Source: the human T2T-CHM13v2.0 reference genome, Homo sapiens. From it: DNA of 64,000 nucleotides. The position numbers and the translations under genes were made by a program. The stretch lies in assembly GCF_009914755.1 (NCBI RefSeq), contig NC_060946.1. One strand, given 5' to 3'. The notes beneath the pieces were generated by a model. That model ran no database searches. It had not been told where the DNA came from and was given only the letters and a program-made list of their open reading frames with translations. Position 1 is the stretch's first letter. The number at the start of each line of letters is the position of its first letter. This document shows positions 25,909 to 39,200 of the stretch, piece by piece.

Positions 25909-27272
25909 TAGTTTTTATTTGAAGATATTTCCTTTCTCACCATAGACCTGAAAGCTGTCCTAATGTTCACTTCCAGATACTACAGAAAGAGTGTTTCAAA
26001 ACTGCTGTATGAAAGGGAATGTTCAACTCTGTGACTTGAATGCACACATCACAAAGAAGTTTCTGAGGATGCTGCTGTCTACTTTTTATATGTAATCCCG
26101 TTTCCAACGAAATCCTCCAAGCTATCCAAATATCCACTTGCAGATTCCACAGAAAGACTGTTTCAAAACTGCTCTGTCAATAGAAAGGTTCAACTCTGTT
26201 AGCTGCGTGCATATATCCCAAAGAAGATTCTGAGATTGCTTCTGTCTAGTTTTTATGGGAAGATATTTCCCTTTTCACCGTAGGCGTCAAGGCGCTCCAA
26301 ATGTCCACTTCCAGATACTACAAAAAGAGTGTTTCAAACCTACTCTGTGAAAGGGAATATTCAACTCTGTGACTTGAATGCACATATCACAAAGAAGTTT
26401 CTGATAATGCTTCTGTCGAGATTTTATATGAAGATATTCCCGTTTCCAACGAAATCCTGAAATCTATCCAAATATCCCCTCGCAGATTCTACAAAAAGAG
26501 TGTTTCAAAACTGCTCTGTAAAAAGAAAGGTTCAACTCTGTTAGTTGAGTACACACATCACAAACAAGTTTCACAGAATGCTTCTTTCTAGCTTGTAGGG
26601 GAAGATATTCCCTTTATCACCATGGGCCTCCAACCGTCCGAAACGTCCACTTCCATATACTACAAAAAGAGCGTTTCAAACCTGCTCTAGGAAAGGCAAT
26701 GTTCAACTCTGTGACTTGAATGCAGACATCACAGAGCAGTTTCTGAGAATGCTTCTGTCTAGATTTTATAGGAAGATATTCCCGTTTCCAACGAAATCTT
26801 CACAGCTATCCAAATATCCACTTGCAGATTCTACAAAAAGAGTGTATCAAAACTGCTCTGTCAAAAGGAAGGTTCTTCTCTGTTAGGTGAGTGCATACGT
26901 CATAAAGGAGTTTCTGAGAATGTTTCTGTCTAGTGGTTATGGGAAGATATTTGCTTTTTCACCGTAGGCCTCAGAGCGCTCCAAATATCCACTTGCACAT
27001 ACTACAAAAAGAGTGCCTCAGAGCTGCTCTCTGAAACGGAATGTTCAACTCTATGAGTTGAATGCAAACATCACAAAGACGTTTCTGAGAATGCTTCTGT
27101 CTAGATTTGATATGAAGATATTCCCGTTTCCAACGAAATCTTCAAATCTATCCAAATGTCCACTTGCAGATTCAACAAAAAGTGTTTTTCAGAACTGCTC
27201 TATCAAAAGAAAGATCCACCTCTGTTAGCTGAGTTCACACATCACAAACAAGTTTATGAGAATGCTTCTGTC

Positions 27273-30200
27273 TAGTTTTTATTTGAAGATATTTCCTTTC
27301 TCACCATAGACCTGAAAGCTGTCCTAATGTTCACTTCCAGATACTACAGAAAGAGTGTTTCAAAACTGCTGTACGAAAGGGAATGTTCAACTCTGTGACT
27401 TGAATGCACACATCACAAAGAAGTTTCTGAGGATGCTGCTGTCTACTTTTTATACGTAATCCCGTTTCCAACGAAATCCTCCAAGCTATCCAAATATCCA
27501 CTTGCAGATTCCACAGAAAGACTGTTTCAAAACTGCTCTGTCAATAGAAAGGTTCAACTCTGTTAGCTGCGTGCATATATCCCGAAGAAGATTCTGAGAT
27601 TCCTTCTGTCTAGTTTTTATGGGAAGATATTTCCCTTTTCACCGTAGGCGTCAAGGCGCTCCAAATGTCCACTTCCAGATACTACAAAAAGAGTGTTTCA
27701 AACCTACTCTGTGAAAGGGAATATTCAACTCTGTGACTTGAATGCACATATCACAAAGAAGTTTCTGAGAATGCTTCTGTCGAGATTTTATATGAAGATA
27801 TTCCCGTTTCCAACGAAATCCTGAAATCTATCCAAATATCCCCTCGCAGATTCTACAAAAAGAGTGTTTCAAAACTGTTCTGTAAAAAGAAAGGTTCAAC
27901 TCTGTTAGTTGAGTACACACATCACAAACAAGTATCACAGAATGCTTCTTTCTAGCTTGTAGGGGAAGATATTCCCTTTATCACCATGGGCCTCAAACCG
28001 TCCGAAACGTCCACTTCCATATACTACAAAAAGAGCGTTTCAAACCTGCTCTATGAAAGGCAATGTTCAACTCTGTGACTTGAATGCAGACATCACAGAG
28101 CAGTTTCTGAGAATGCTTCTGTCTAGATTTTATAGGAAGATATTCCCGTTTCCAACGAAATCTTCACAGCTATCCAAATATCCACTTGCAGATTCTACAA
28201 AAAGAGTGTATCCAAACTGCTCTGGCAAAAGGAAGGTTCTTCTCTGTTAAGTGAGTGCATACGTCATAAAGGAGTTTCTGAGAATGTTTCTGTCTATTGG
28301 TTATGGGAAGATATTTGCTTTTTCACCGTAGGCCTCAGAGCGCTCCAAATATCCACTTGCACATACTACAAAAAGAGTGCCTCAAAGCTGCTCTCTGAAA
28401 TGGAATGTTCAACTCTATGAGTTGAATGCAAACATCACAAAGACGTTTCTGAGAATGCTTCTGTCTAGATTTGATATGAAGATATTCCCGTTTCCAACGA
28501 AATCTTCAAATCTATCCAAATGTCCACTTCTATAATCAACAAAAAGTGTTTTTCAGAACTGCTCTATCAAAAGAAAGATCCACCTCTGTTAGCTGAGTTC
28601 ACACATCCAAACAAGTTTATGAGAATGCTTCTGTCTAGTTTTTATTTGAAGATATTTCCTTTCTCACCATAGACCTGAAAGCTGTCCTAATGTTCACTTC
28701 CAGATACTACAGAAAGAGTGTTTAAAAACTGCTGTACGAAAGGGAATGTTCAACTCTGTGACTTGAATGCACACATCACAAAGAAGTTTCTGAGGATGCT
28801 GCTGTCTACTTTTTATACGTAATCCCGTTTCCAACGAAATCCTCCAAGCTATCCAAATATCCACTTGCAGATTCCACAGAAAGACTGTTTCAAAACTGCT
28901 CTGTCAATAGAAAGGTTCAACTCTGTTAGCTGCGTGCATATATCCCAAAGAAGATTCTGAGATTGCTTCTGTCTAGTTTTTATGGGAAGATATTTCCCTT
29001 TTCACCGTAGGTGTCAAGGCGCTCCAAATGTCCACTTCCAGATACTACAAAAAGAGTGTTTCAAACCTACTCTGTGAAAAGGAATATTCAACTCTGTGAC
29101 TTTAATGCACATATCACAAAGAAGTTTCTGAGAATGCTTCTGTCGAGATTTTATATGAAGATATTCCCGTTTCCAACGAAATCCTGAAATCTATCCAAAT
29201 ATCCCCTCGCAGATTCTACAAAAAGAGTGTTTCAAAACTGCTCTGTAAAAAGAAAGGTTCAACTCTGTTAGTTGAGTACACACATCACAAACAAGTTTCA
29301 CAGAATGCTTCTTTCTAGCTTGTAGGGGAAGATATTCCCTTTATCACCATGGGCCTCCAACCGTCCGAAACGTCCACTTCCATATACTACAAAAAGAGCG
29401 TTTCAAACCTGCTCTATGAAAGGCAATGTTCAACTCTGTGACTTGAATGCAGACATCACAGAGCAGTTTCTGAGAATGCTTCTGTCTAGATTTTATAGGA
29501 AGATATTCCCGTTTCCAACGAAATCTTCACAGCTATCCAAATATCCACTTGCAGATTCTACAAAAAGAGTGTATCAAAACTGCTCTGTCAAAAGGAAGGT
29601 TCTTCTCTGTTAGGTGAGTGCATACGTCATAAAGGAGTTTCTGAGAATGTTTCTGTCTAGTGGTTATGGGAAGATATTTGCTTTTTCACCGTAGGCCTCA
29701 GAGCGCTCCAAATATCCACTTGCACATACTACAAAAAGAGTGCCTCAGAGCTGCTCTCTGAAACGGAATGTTCAACTCTATGAGTTGAATGCAAACATCA
29801 CAAAGACGTTTCTGAGAATGCTTCTGTCTAGATTTGATATGAAGATATTCCCGTTTCCAACGAAATCTTCAAATCTATCCAAATGTCCACTTGCAGATTC
29901 AACAAAAAGTGTTTTTCAGAACTGCTCTATCAAAAGAAAGATCCACCTCTGTTAGCTGAGTTCACACATCACAAACAAGTTTATGAGAATGCTTCTGTCT
30001 AGTTTTTATTTGAAGATATTTCCTTTCTCACCATAGACCTGAAAGCTGTCCTAATGTTCACTTCCAGATACTACAGAAAGAGTGTTTCAAAACTGCTGTA
30101 CGAAAGGGAATGTTCAACTCTGTGACTTGAATGCACACATCACAAAGAAGTTTCTGAGGATGCTGCTGTCTACTTTTTATACGTAATCCCGTTTCCAACG

Positions 30201-33200
30201 AAATCCTCCAAGCTATCCAAATATCCACTTGCAGATTCCACAGAAAGACTGTTTCAAAACTGCTCTGTCAATAGAAAGGTTCAACTCTGTTAGCTGCGTG
30301 CATATATCCCGAAGAAGATTCTGAGATTCCTTCTGTCTAGTTTTTATGGGAAGATATTTCCCTTTTCACCGTAGGCGTCAAGGCGCTCCAAATGTCCACT
30401 TCCAGATACTACAAAAAGAGTGTTTCAAACCTACTCTGTGAAAGGGAATATTCAACTCTGTGACTTGAATGCACATATCACAAAGAAGTTTCTGAGAATG
30501 CTTCTGTCGAGATTTTATATGAAGATATTCCCGTTTCCAACGAAATCCTGAAATCTATCCAAATATCCCCTCGCAGATTCTACAAAAAGAGTGTTTCAAA
30601 ACTGTTCTGTAAAAAGAAAGGTTCAACTCTGTTAGTTGAGTACACACATCACAAACAAGTATCACAGAATGCTTCTTTCTAGCTTGTAGGGGAAGATATT
30701 CCCTTTATCACCATGGGCCTCAAACCGTCCGAAACGTCCACTTCCATATACTTCAAAAAGAGCGTTTCAAACCTGCTCTATGAAAGGCAATGTTCAACTC
30801 TGTGACTTGAATGCAGACATCACAGAGCTGTTTATGAGAATGCTTCTGTCTAGATTTTATAGGATGATATTCCCGTTTCCAACGAAATCTTCACAGCTAT
30901 CCAAATATCCACTTGCAGATTCTACAAAAAGAGTGTATCCAAACTGCTCTGGCAAAAGGAAGGTTCTTCTCTGTTAAGTGAGTGCATACGTCATAAAGGA
31001 GTTTCTGAGAATGTTTCTGTCTAGTGGTTATGGGAAGATATTTGCTTTTTCACCGTAGGCCTCAGAGCGCTCCAAATATCCACTTGCACATACTACAAAA
31101 AGAGTGCCTCAAAGCTGCTCTCTGAAATGGAATGTTCAACTCTATGAGTTGAATGCAAACATCACAAAGACGTTTCTGAGAATGCTTCTGTCTAGATTTG
31201 ATATGAAGATATTCCCGTTTCCAACGAAATCTTCAAATCTATCCAAATGTCCACTTCTATAATCAACAAAAAGTGTTTTTCAGAACTGCTCTATCAAAAG
31301 AAAGATCCACCTCTGTTAGCTGAGTTCACACATCCAAACAAGTTTATGAGAATGCTTCTGTCTAGTTTTTATTTGAAGATATTTCCTTTCTCACCATAGA
31401 CCTGAAAGCTGTCCTAATGTTCACTTCCAGATACTACAGAAAGAGTGTTTAAAAACTGCTGTACGAAAGGGAATGTTCAACTCTGTGACTTGAATGCACA
31501 CATCACAAAGAAGTTTCTGAGGATGCTGCTGTCTACTTTTTATACGTAATCCCGTTTCCAACGAAATCCTCCAAGCTATCCAAATATCCACTTGCAGATT
31601 CCACAGAAAGACTGTTTCAAAACTGCTCTGTCAATAGAAAGGTTCAACTCTGTTAGCTGCGTGCATATATCCCAAAGAAGATTCTGAGATTGCTTCTGTC
31701 TAGTTTTTATGGGAAGATATTTCCCTTTTCACCGTAGGTGTCAAGGCGCTCCAAATGTCCACTTCCAGATACTACAAAAAGAGTGTTTCAAACCTACTCT
31801 GTGAAAAGGAATATTCAACTCTGTGACTTTAATGCACATATCACAAAGAAGTTTCTGAGAATGCTTCTGTCGAGATTTTATATGAAGATATTCCCGTTTC
31901 CAACGAAATCCTGAAATCTATCCAAATATCCCCTCGCAGATTCTACAAAAAGAGTGTTTCAAAACTGCTCTGTAAAAAGAAAGGTTCAACTCTGTTAGTT
32001 GAGTACACACATCACAAACAAGTTTCACAGAATGCTTCTTTCTAGCTTGTAGGGGAAGATATTCCCTTTATCACCATGGGCCTCCAACCGTCCGAAACGT
32101 CCACTTCCATATACTACAAAAAGAGCGTTTCAAACCTGCTCTATGAAAGGCAATGTTCAACTCTGTGACTTGAATGCAGACATCACAGAGCAGTTTCTGA
32201 GAATGCTTCTGTCTAGATTTTATAGGAAGATATTCCCGTTTCCAACGAAATCTTCACAGCTATCCAAATATCCACTTGCAGATTCTACAAAAAGAGTGTA
32301 TCAAAACTGCTCTGTCAAAAGGAAGGTTCTTCTCTGTTAGGTGAGTGCATACGTCATAAAGGAGTTTCTGAGAATGTTTCTGTCTAGTGGTTATGGGAAG
32401 ATATTTGCTTTTTCACCGTAGGCCTCAGAGCGCTCCAAATATCCACTTGCACATACTACAAAAAGAGTGCCTCAGAGCTGCTCTCTGAAACGGAATGTTC
32501 AACTCTATGAGTTGAATGCAAACATCACAAAGACGTTTCTGAGAATGCTTCTGTCTAGATTTGATATGAAGATATTCCCGTTTCCAACGAAATCTTCAAA
32601 TCTATCCAAATGTCCACTTGCAGATTCAACAAAAAGTGTTTTTCAGAACTGCTCTATCAAAAGAAAGATCCACCTCTGTTAGCTGAGTTCACACATCACA
32701 AACAAGTTTATGAGAATGCTTCTGTCTAGTTTTTATTTGAAGATATTTCCTTTCTCACCATAGACCTGAAAGCTGTCCTAATGTTCACTTCCAGATACTA
32801 CAGAAAGAGTGTTTCAAAACTGCTGTACGAAAGGGAATGTTCAACTCTGTGACTTGAATGCACACATCACAAAGAAGTTTCTGAGGATGCTGCTGTCTAC
32901 TTTTTATACGTAATCCCGTTTCCAACGAAATCCTCCAAGCTACCCAAATATCCACTTGCAGATTCCACAGAAAGACTGTTTCAAAACTGCTCTGTCAATA
33001 GAAAGGTTCAACTCTGTTAGCTGCGTGCATATATCCCGAAGAAGATTCTGAGATTCCTTCTGTCTAGTTTTTATGGGAAGATATTTCCCTTTTCACCGTA
33101 GGCGTCAAGGCGCTCCAAATGTCCACTTCCAGATACTACAAAAAGAGTGTTTCAAACCTACTCTGTGAAAGGGAATATTCAACTCTGTGACTTGAATGCA

Positions 33201-36200
33201 CATATCACAAAGAAGTTTCTGAGAATGCTTCTGTCGAGATTTTATATGAAGATATTCCCGTTTCCAACGAAATCCTGAAATCTATCCAAATATCCCCTCG
33301 CAGATTCTACAAAAAGAGTGTTTCAAAACTGTTCTGTAAAAAGAAAGGTTCAACTCTGTTAGTTGAGTACACACATCACAAACAAGTATCACAGAATGCT
33401 TCTTTCTAGCTTGTAGGGGAAGATATTCCCTTTATCACCATGGGCCTCAAACCGTCCGAAACGTCCACTTCCATATACTTCAAAAAGAGCGTTTCAAACC
33501 TGCTCTATGAAAGGCAATGTTCAACTCTGTGACTTGAATGCAGACATCACAGAGCTGTTTATGAGAATGCTTCTGTCTAGATTTTATAGGATGATATTCC
33601 CGTTTCCAACGAAATCTTCACAGCTATCCAAATATCCACTTGCAGATTCTACAAAAAGAGTGTATCCAAACTGCTCTGGCAAAAGGAAGGTTCTTCTCTG
33701 TTAAGTGAGTGCATACGTCATAAAGGAGTTTCTGAGAATGTTTCTGTCTAGTGGTTATGGGAAGATATTTGCTTTTTCACCGTAGGCCTCAGAGCGCTCC
33801 AAATATCCACTTGCACATACTACAAAAAGAGTGCCTCAAAGCTGCTCTCTGAAATGGAATGTTCAACTCTATGAGTTGAATGCAAACATCACAAAGACGT
33901 TTCTGAGAATGCTTCTGTCTAGATTTGATATGAAGATATTCCCGTTTCCAACGAAATCTTCAAATCTATCCAAATGTCCACTTCTATAATCAACAAAAAG
34001 TGTTTTTCAGAACTGCTCTATCAAAAGAAAGATCCACCTCTGTTAGCTGAGTTCACACATCCAAACAAGTTTATGAGAATGCTTCTGTCTAGTTTTTATT
34101 TGAAGATATTTCCTTTCTCACCATAGACCTGAAAGCTGTCCTAATGTTCACTTCCAGATACTACAGAAAGAGTGTTTAAAAACTGCTGTACGAAAGGGAA
34201 TGTTCAACTCTGTGACTTGAATGCACACATCACAAAGAAGTTTCTGAGGATGCTGCTGTCTACTTTTTATACGTAATCCCGTTTCCAACGAAATCCTCCA
34301 AGCTATCCAAATATCCACTTGCAGATTCCACAGAAAGACTGTTTCAAAACTGCTCTGTCAATAGAAAGGTTCAACTCTGTTAGCTGCGTGCATATATCCC
34401 AAAGAAGATTCTGAGATTGCTTCTGTCTAGTTTTTATGGGAAGATATTTCCCTTTTCACCGTAGGTGTCAAGGCGCTCCAAATGTCCACTTCCAGATACT
34501 ACAAAAAGAGTGTTTCAAACCTACTCTGTGAAAAGGAATATTCAACTCTGTGACTTTAATGCACATATCACAAAGAAGTTTCTGAGAATGCTTCTGTCGA
34601 GATTTTATATGAAGATATTCCCGTTTCCAACGAAATCCTGAAATCTATCCAAATATCCCCTCGCAGATTCTACAAAAAGAGTGTTTCAAAACTGCTCTGT
34701 AAAAAGAAAGGTTCAACTCTGTTAGTTGAGTACACACATCACAAACAAGTTTCACAGAATGCTTCTTTCTAGCTTGTAGGGGAAGATATTCCCTTTATCA
34801 CCATGGGCCTCCAACCGTCCGAAACGTCCACTTCCATATACTACAAAAAGAGCGTTTCAAACCTGCTCTATGAAAGGCAATGTTCAACTCTGTGACTTGA
34901 ATGCAGACATCACAGAGCAGTTTCTGAGAATGCTTCTGTCTAGATTTTATAGGAAGATATTCCCGTTTCCAACGAAATCTTCACAGCTATCCAAATATCC
35001 ACTTGCAGATTCTACAAAAAGAGTGTATCAAAACTGCTCTGTCAAAAGGAAGGTTCTTCTCTGTTAGGTGAGTGCATACGTCATAAAGGAGTTTCTGAGA
35101 ATGTTTCTGTCTAGTGGTTATGGGAAGATATTTGCTTTTTCACCGTAGGCCTCAGAGCGCTCCAAATATCCACTTGCACATACTACAAAAAGAGTGCCTC
35201 AGAGCTGCTCTCTGAAACGGAATGTTCAACTCTATGAGTTGAATGCAAACATCACAAAGACGTTTCTGAGAATGCTTCTGTCTAGATTTGATATGAAGAT
35301 ATTCCCGTTTCCAACGAAATCTTCAAATCTATCCAAATGTCCACTTGCAGATTCAACAAAAAGTGTTTTTCAGAACTGCTCTATCAAAAGAAAGATCCAC
35401 CTCTGTTAGCTGAGTTCACACATCACAAACAAGTTTATGAGAATGCTTCTGTCTAGTTTTTATTTGAAGATATTTCCTTTCTCACCATAGACCTGAAAGC
35501 TGTCCTAATGTTCACTTCCAGATACTACAGAAAGAGTGTTTCAAAACTGCTGTACGAAAGGGAATGTTCAACTCTGTGACTTGAATGCACACATCACAAA
35601 GAAGTTTCTGAGGATGCTGCTGTCTACTTTTTATACGTAATCCCGTTTCCAACGAAATCCTCCAAGCTATCAAAATATCCACTTGCAGATTCCACAGAAA
35701 GACTGTTTCAAAACTGCTCTGTCAATAGAAAGGTTCAACTCTGTTAGCTGCGTGCATATATCCCGAAGAAGATTCTGAGATTCCTTCTGTCTAGTTTTTA
35801 TGGGAAGATATTTCCCTTTTCACCGTAGGCGTCAAGGCGCTCCAAATGTCCACTTCCAGATACTACAAAAAGAGTGTTTCAAACCTACTCTGTGAAAGGG
35901 AATATTCAACTCTGTGACTTGAATGCACATATCACAAAGAAGTTTCTGAGAATGCTTCTGTCGAGATTTTATATGAAGATATTCCCGTTTCCAACGAAAT
36001 CCTGAAATCTATCCAAATATCCCCTCGCAGATTCTACAAAAAGAGTGTTTCAAAACTGTTCTGTAAAAAGAAAGGTTCAACTCTGTTAGTTGAGTACACA
36101 CATCACAAACAAGTATCACAGAATGCTTCTTTCTAGCTTGTAGGGGAAGATATTCCCTTTATCACCATGGGCCTCAAACCGTCCGAAACGTCCACTTCCA

Positions 36201-39200
36201 TATACTTCAAAAAGAGCGTTTCAAACCTGCTCTATGAAAGGCAATGTTCAACTCTGTGACTTGAATGCAGACATCACAGAGCTGTTTATGAGAATGCTTC
36301 TGTCTAGATTTTATAGGATGATATTCCCGTTTCCAACGAAATCTTCACAGCTATCCAAATATCCACTTGCAGATTCTACAAAAAGAGTGTATCCAAACTG
36401 CTCTGGCAAAAGGAAGGTTCTTCTCTGTTAAGTGAGTGCATACGTCATAAAGGAGTTTCTGAGAATGTTTCTGTCTAGTGGTTATGGGAAGATATTTGCT
36501 TTTTCACCGTAGGCCTCAGAGCGCTCCAAATATCCACTTGCACATACTACAAAAAGAGTGCCTCAAAGCTGCTCTCTGAAATGGAATGTTCAACTCTATG
36601 AGTTGAATACAAACATCACAAAGACGTTTCTGAGAATGCTTCTGTCTAGATTTGATATGAAGATATTCCCGTTTCCAACGAAATCTTCAAATCTATCCAA
36701 ATGTCCACTTCTATAATCAACAAAAAGTGTTTTTCAGAACTGCTCTATCAAAAGAAAGATCCACCTCTGTTAGCTGAGTTCACACATCCAAACAAGTTTA
36801 TGAGAATGCTTCTGTCTAGTTTTTATTTGAAGATATTTCCTTTCTCACCATAGACCTGAAAGCTGTCCTAATGTTCACTTCCAGATACTACAGAAAGAGT
36901 GTTTAAAAACTGCTGTACGAAAGGGAATGTTCAACTCTGTGACTTGAATGCACACATCACAAAGAAGTTTCTGAGGATGCTGCTGTCTACTTTTTATACG
37001 TAATCCCGTTTCCAACGAAATCCTCCAAGCTATCCAAATATCCACTTGCAGATTCCACAGAAAGACTGTTTCAAAACTGCTCTGTCAATAGAAAGGTTCA
37101 ACTCTGTTAGCTGCGTGCATATATCCCAAAGAAGATTCTGAGATTGCTTCTGTCTAGTTTTTATGGGAAGATATTTCCCTTTTCACCGTAGGTGTCAAGG
37201 CGCTCCAAATGTCCACTTCCAGATACTACAAAAAGAGTGTTTCAAACCTACTCTGTGAAAAGGAATATTCAACTCTGTGACTTTAATGCACATATCACAA
37301 AGAAGTTTCTGAGAATGCTTCTGTCGAGATTTTATATGAAGATATTCCCGTTTCCAACGAAATCCTGAAATCTATCCAAATATCCCCTCGCAGATTCTAC
37401 AAAAAGAGTGTTTCAAAACTGCTCTGTAAAAAGAAAGGTTCAACTCTGTTAGTTGAGTACACACATCACAAACAAGTTTCACAGAATGCTTCTTTCTAGC
37501 TTGTAGGGGAAGATATTCCCTTTATCACCATGGGCCTCCAACCGTCCGAAACGTCCACTTCCATATACTACAAAAAGAGCGTTTCAAACCTGCTCTATGA
37601 AAGGCAATGTTCAACTCTGTGACTTGAATGCAGACATCACAGAGCAGTTTCTGAGAATGCTTCTGTCTAGATTTTATAGGAAGATATTCCCGTTTCCAAC
37701 GAAATCTTCACAGCTATCCAAATATCCACTTGCAGATTCTACAAAAAGAGTGTATCAAAACTGCTCTGTCAAAAGGAAGGTTCTTCTCTGTTAGGTGAGT
37801 GCATACGTCATAAAGGAGTTTCTGAGAATGTTTCTGTCTAGTGGTTATGGGAAGATATTTGCTTTTTCACCGTAGGCCTCAGAGCGCTCCAAATATCCAC
37901 TTGCACATACTACAAAAAGAGTGCCTCAGAGCTGCTCTCTGAAACGGAATGTTCAACTCTATGAGTTGAATGCAAACATCACAAAGACGTTTCTGAGAAT
38001 GCTTCTGTCTAGATTTGATATGAAGATATTCCCGTTTCCAACGAAATCTTCAAATCTATCCAAATGTCCACTTGCAGATTCAACAAAAAGTGTTTTTCAG
38101 AACTGCTCTATCAAAAGAAAGATCCACCTCTGTTAGCTGAGTTCACACATCACAAACAAGTTTATGAGAATGCTTCTGTCTAGTTTTTATTTGAAGATAT
38201 TTCCTTTCTCACCATAGACCTGAAAGCTGTCCTAATGTTCACTTCCAGATACTACAGAAAGAGTGTTTCAAAACTGCTGTACGAAAGGGAATGTTCAACT
38301 CTGTGACTTGAATGCACACATCACAAAGAAGTTTCTGAGGATGCTGCTGTCTACTTTTTATACGTAATCCCGTTTCCAACGAAATCCTCCAAGCTATCCA
38401 AATATCCACTTGCAGATTCCACAGAAAGACTGTTTCAAAACTGCTCTGTCAATAGAAAGGTTCAACTCTGTTAGCTGCGTGCATATATCCCGAAGAAGAT
38501 TCTGAGATTCCTTCTGTCTAGTTTTTATGGGAAGATATTTCCCTTTTCACCGTAGGCGTCAAGGCGCTCCAAATGTCCACTTCCAGATACTACAAAAAGA
38601 GTGTTTCAAACCTACTCTGTGAAAGGGAATATTCAACTCTGTGACTTGAATGCACATATCACAAAGAAGTTTCTGAGAATGCTTCTGTCGAGATTTTATA
38701 TGAAGATATTCCCGTTTCCAACGAAATCCTGAAATCTATCCAAATATCCCCTCGCAGATTCTACAAAAAGAGTGTTTCAAAACTGTTCTGTAAAAAGAAA
38801 GGTTCAACTCTGTTAGTTGAGTACACACATCACAAACAAGTATCACAGAATGCTTCTTTCTAGCTTGTAGGGGAAGATATTCCCTTTATCACCATGGGCC
38901 TCAAACCGTCCGAAACGTCCACTTCCATATACTTCAAAAAGAGCGTTTCAAACCTGCTCTATGAAAGGCAATGTTCAACTCTGTGACTTGAATGCAGACA
39001 TCACAGAGCTGTTTATGAGAATGCTTCTGTCTAGATTTTATAGGATGATATTCCCGTTTCCAACGAAATCTTCACAGCTATCCAAATATCCACTTGCAGA
39101 TTCTACAAAAAGAGTGTATCCAAACTGCTCTGGCAAAAGGAAGGTTCTTCTCTGTTAGGTGAGTGCATACGTCATAAAGGAGTTTCTGAGAATGTTTCTG

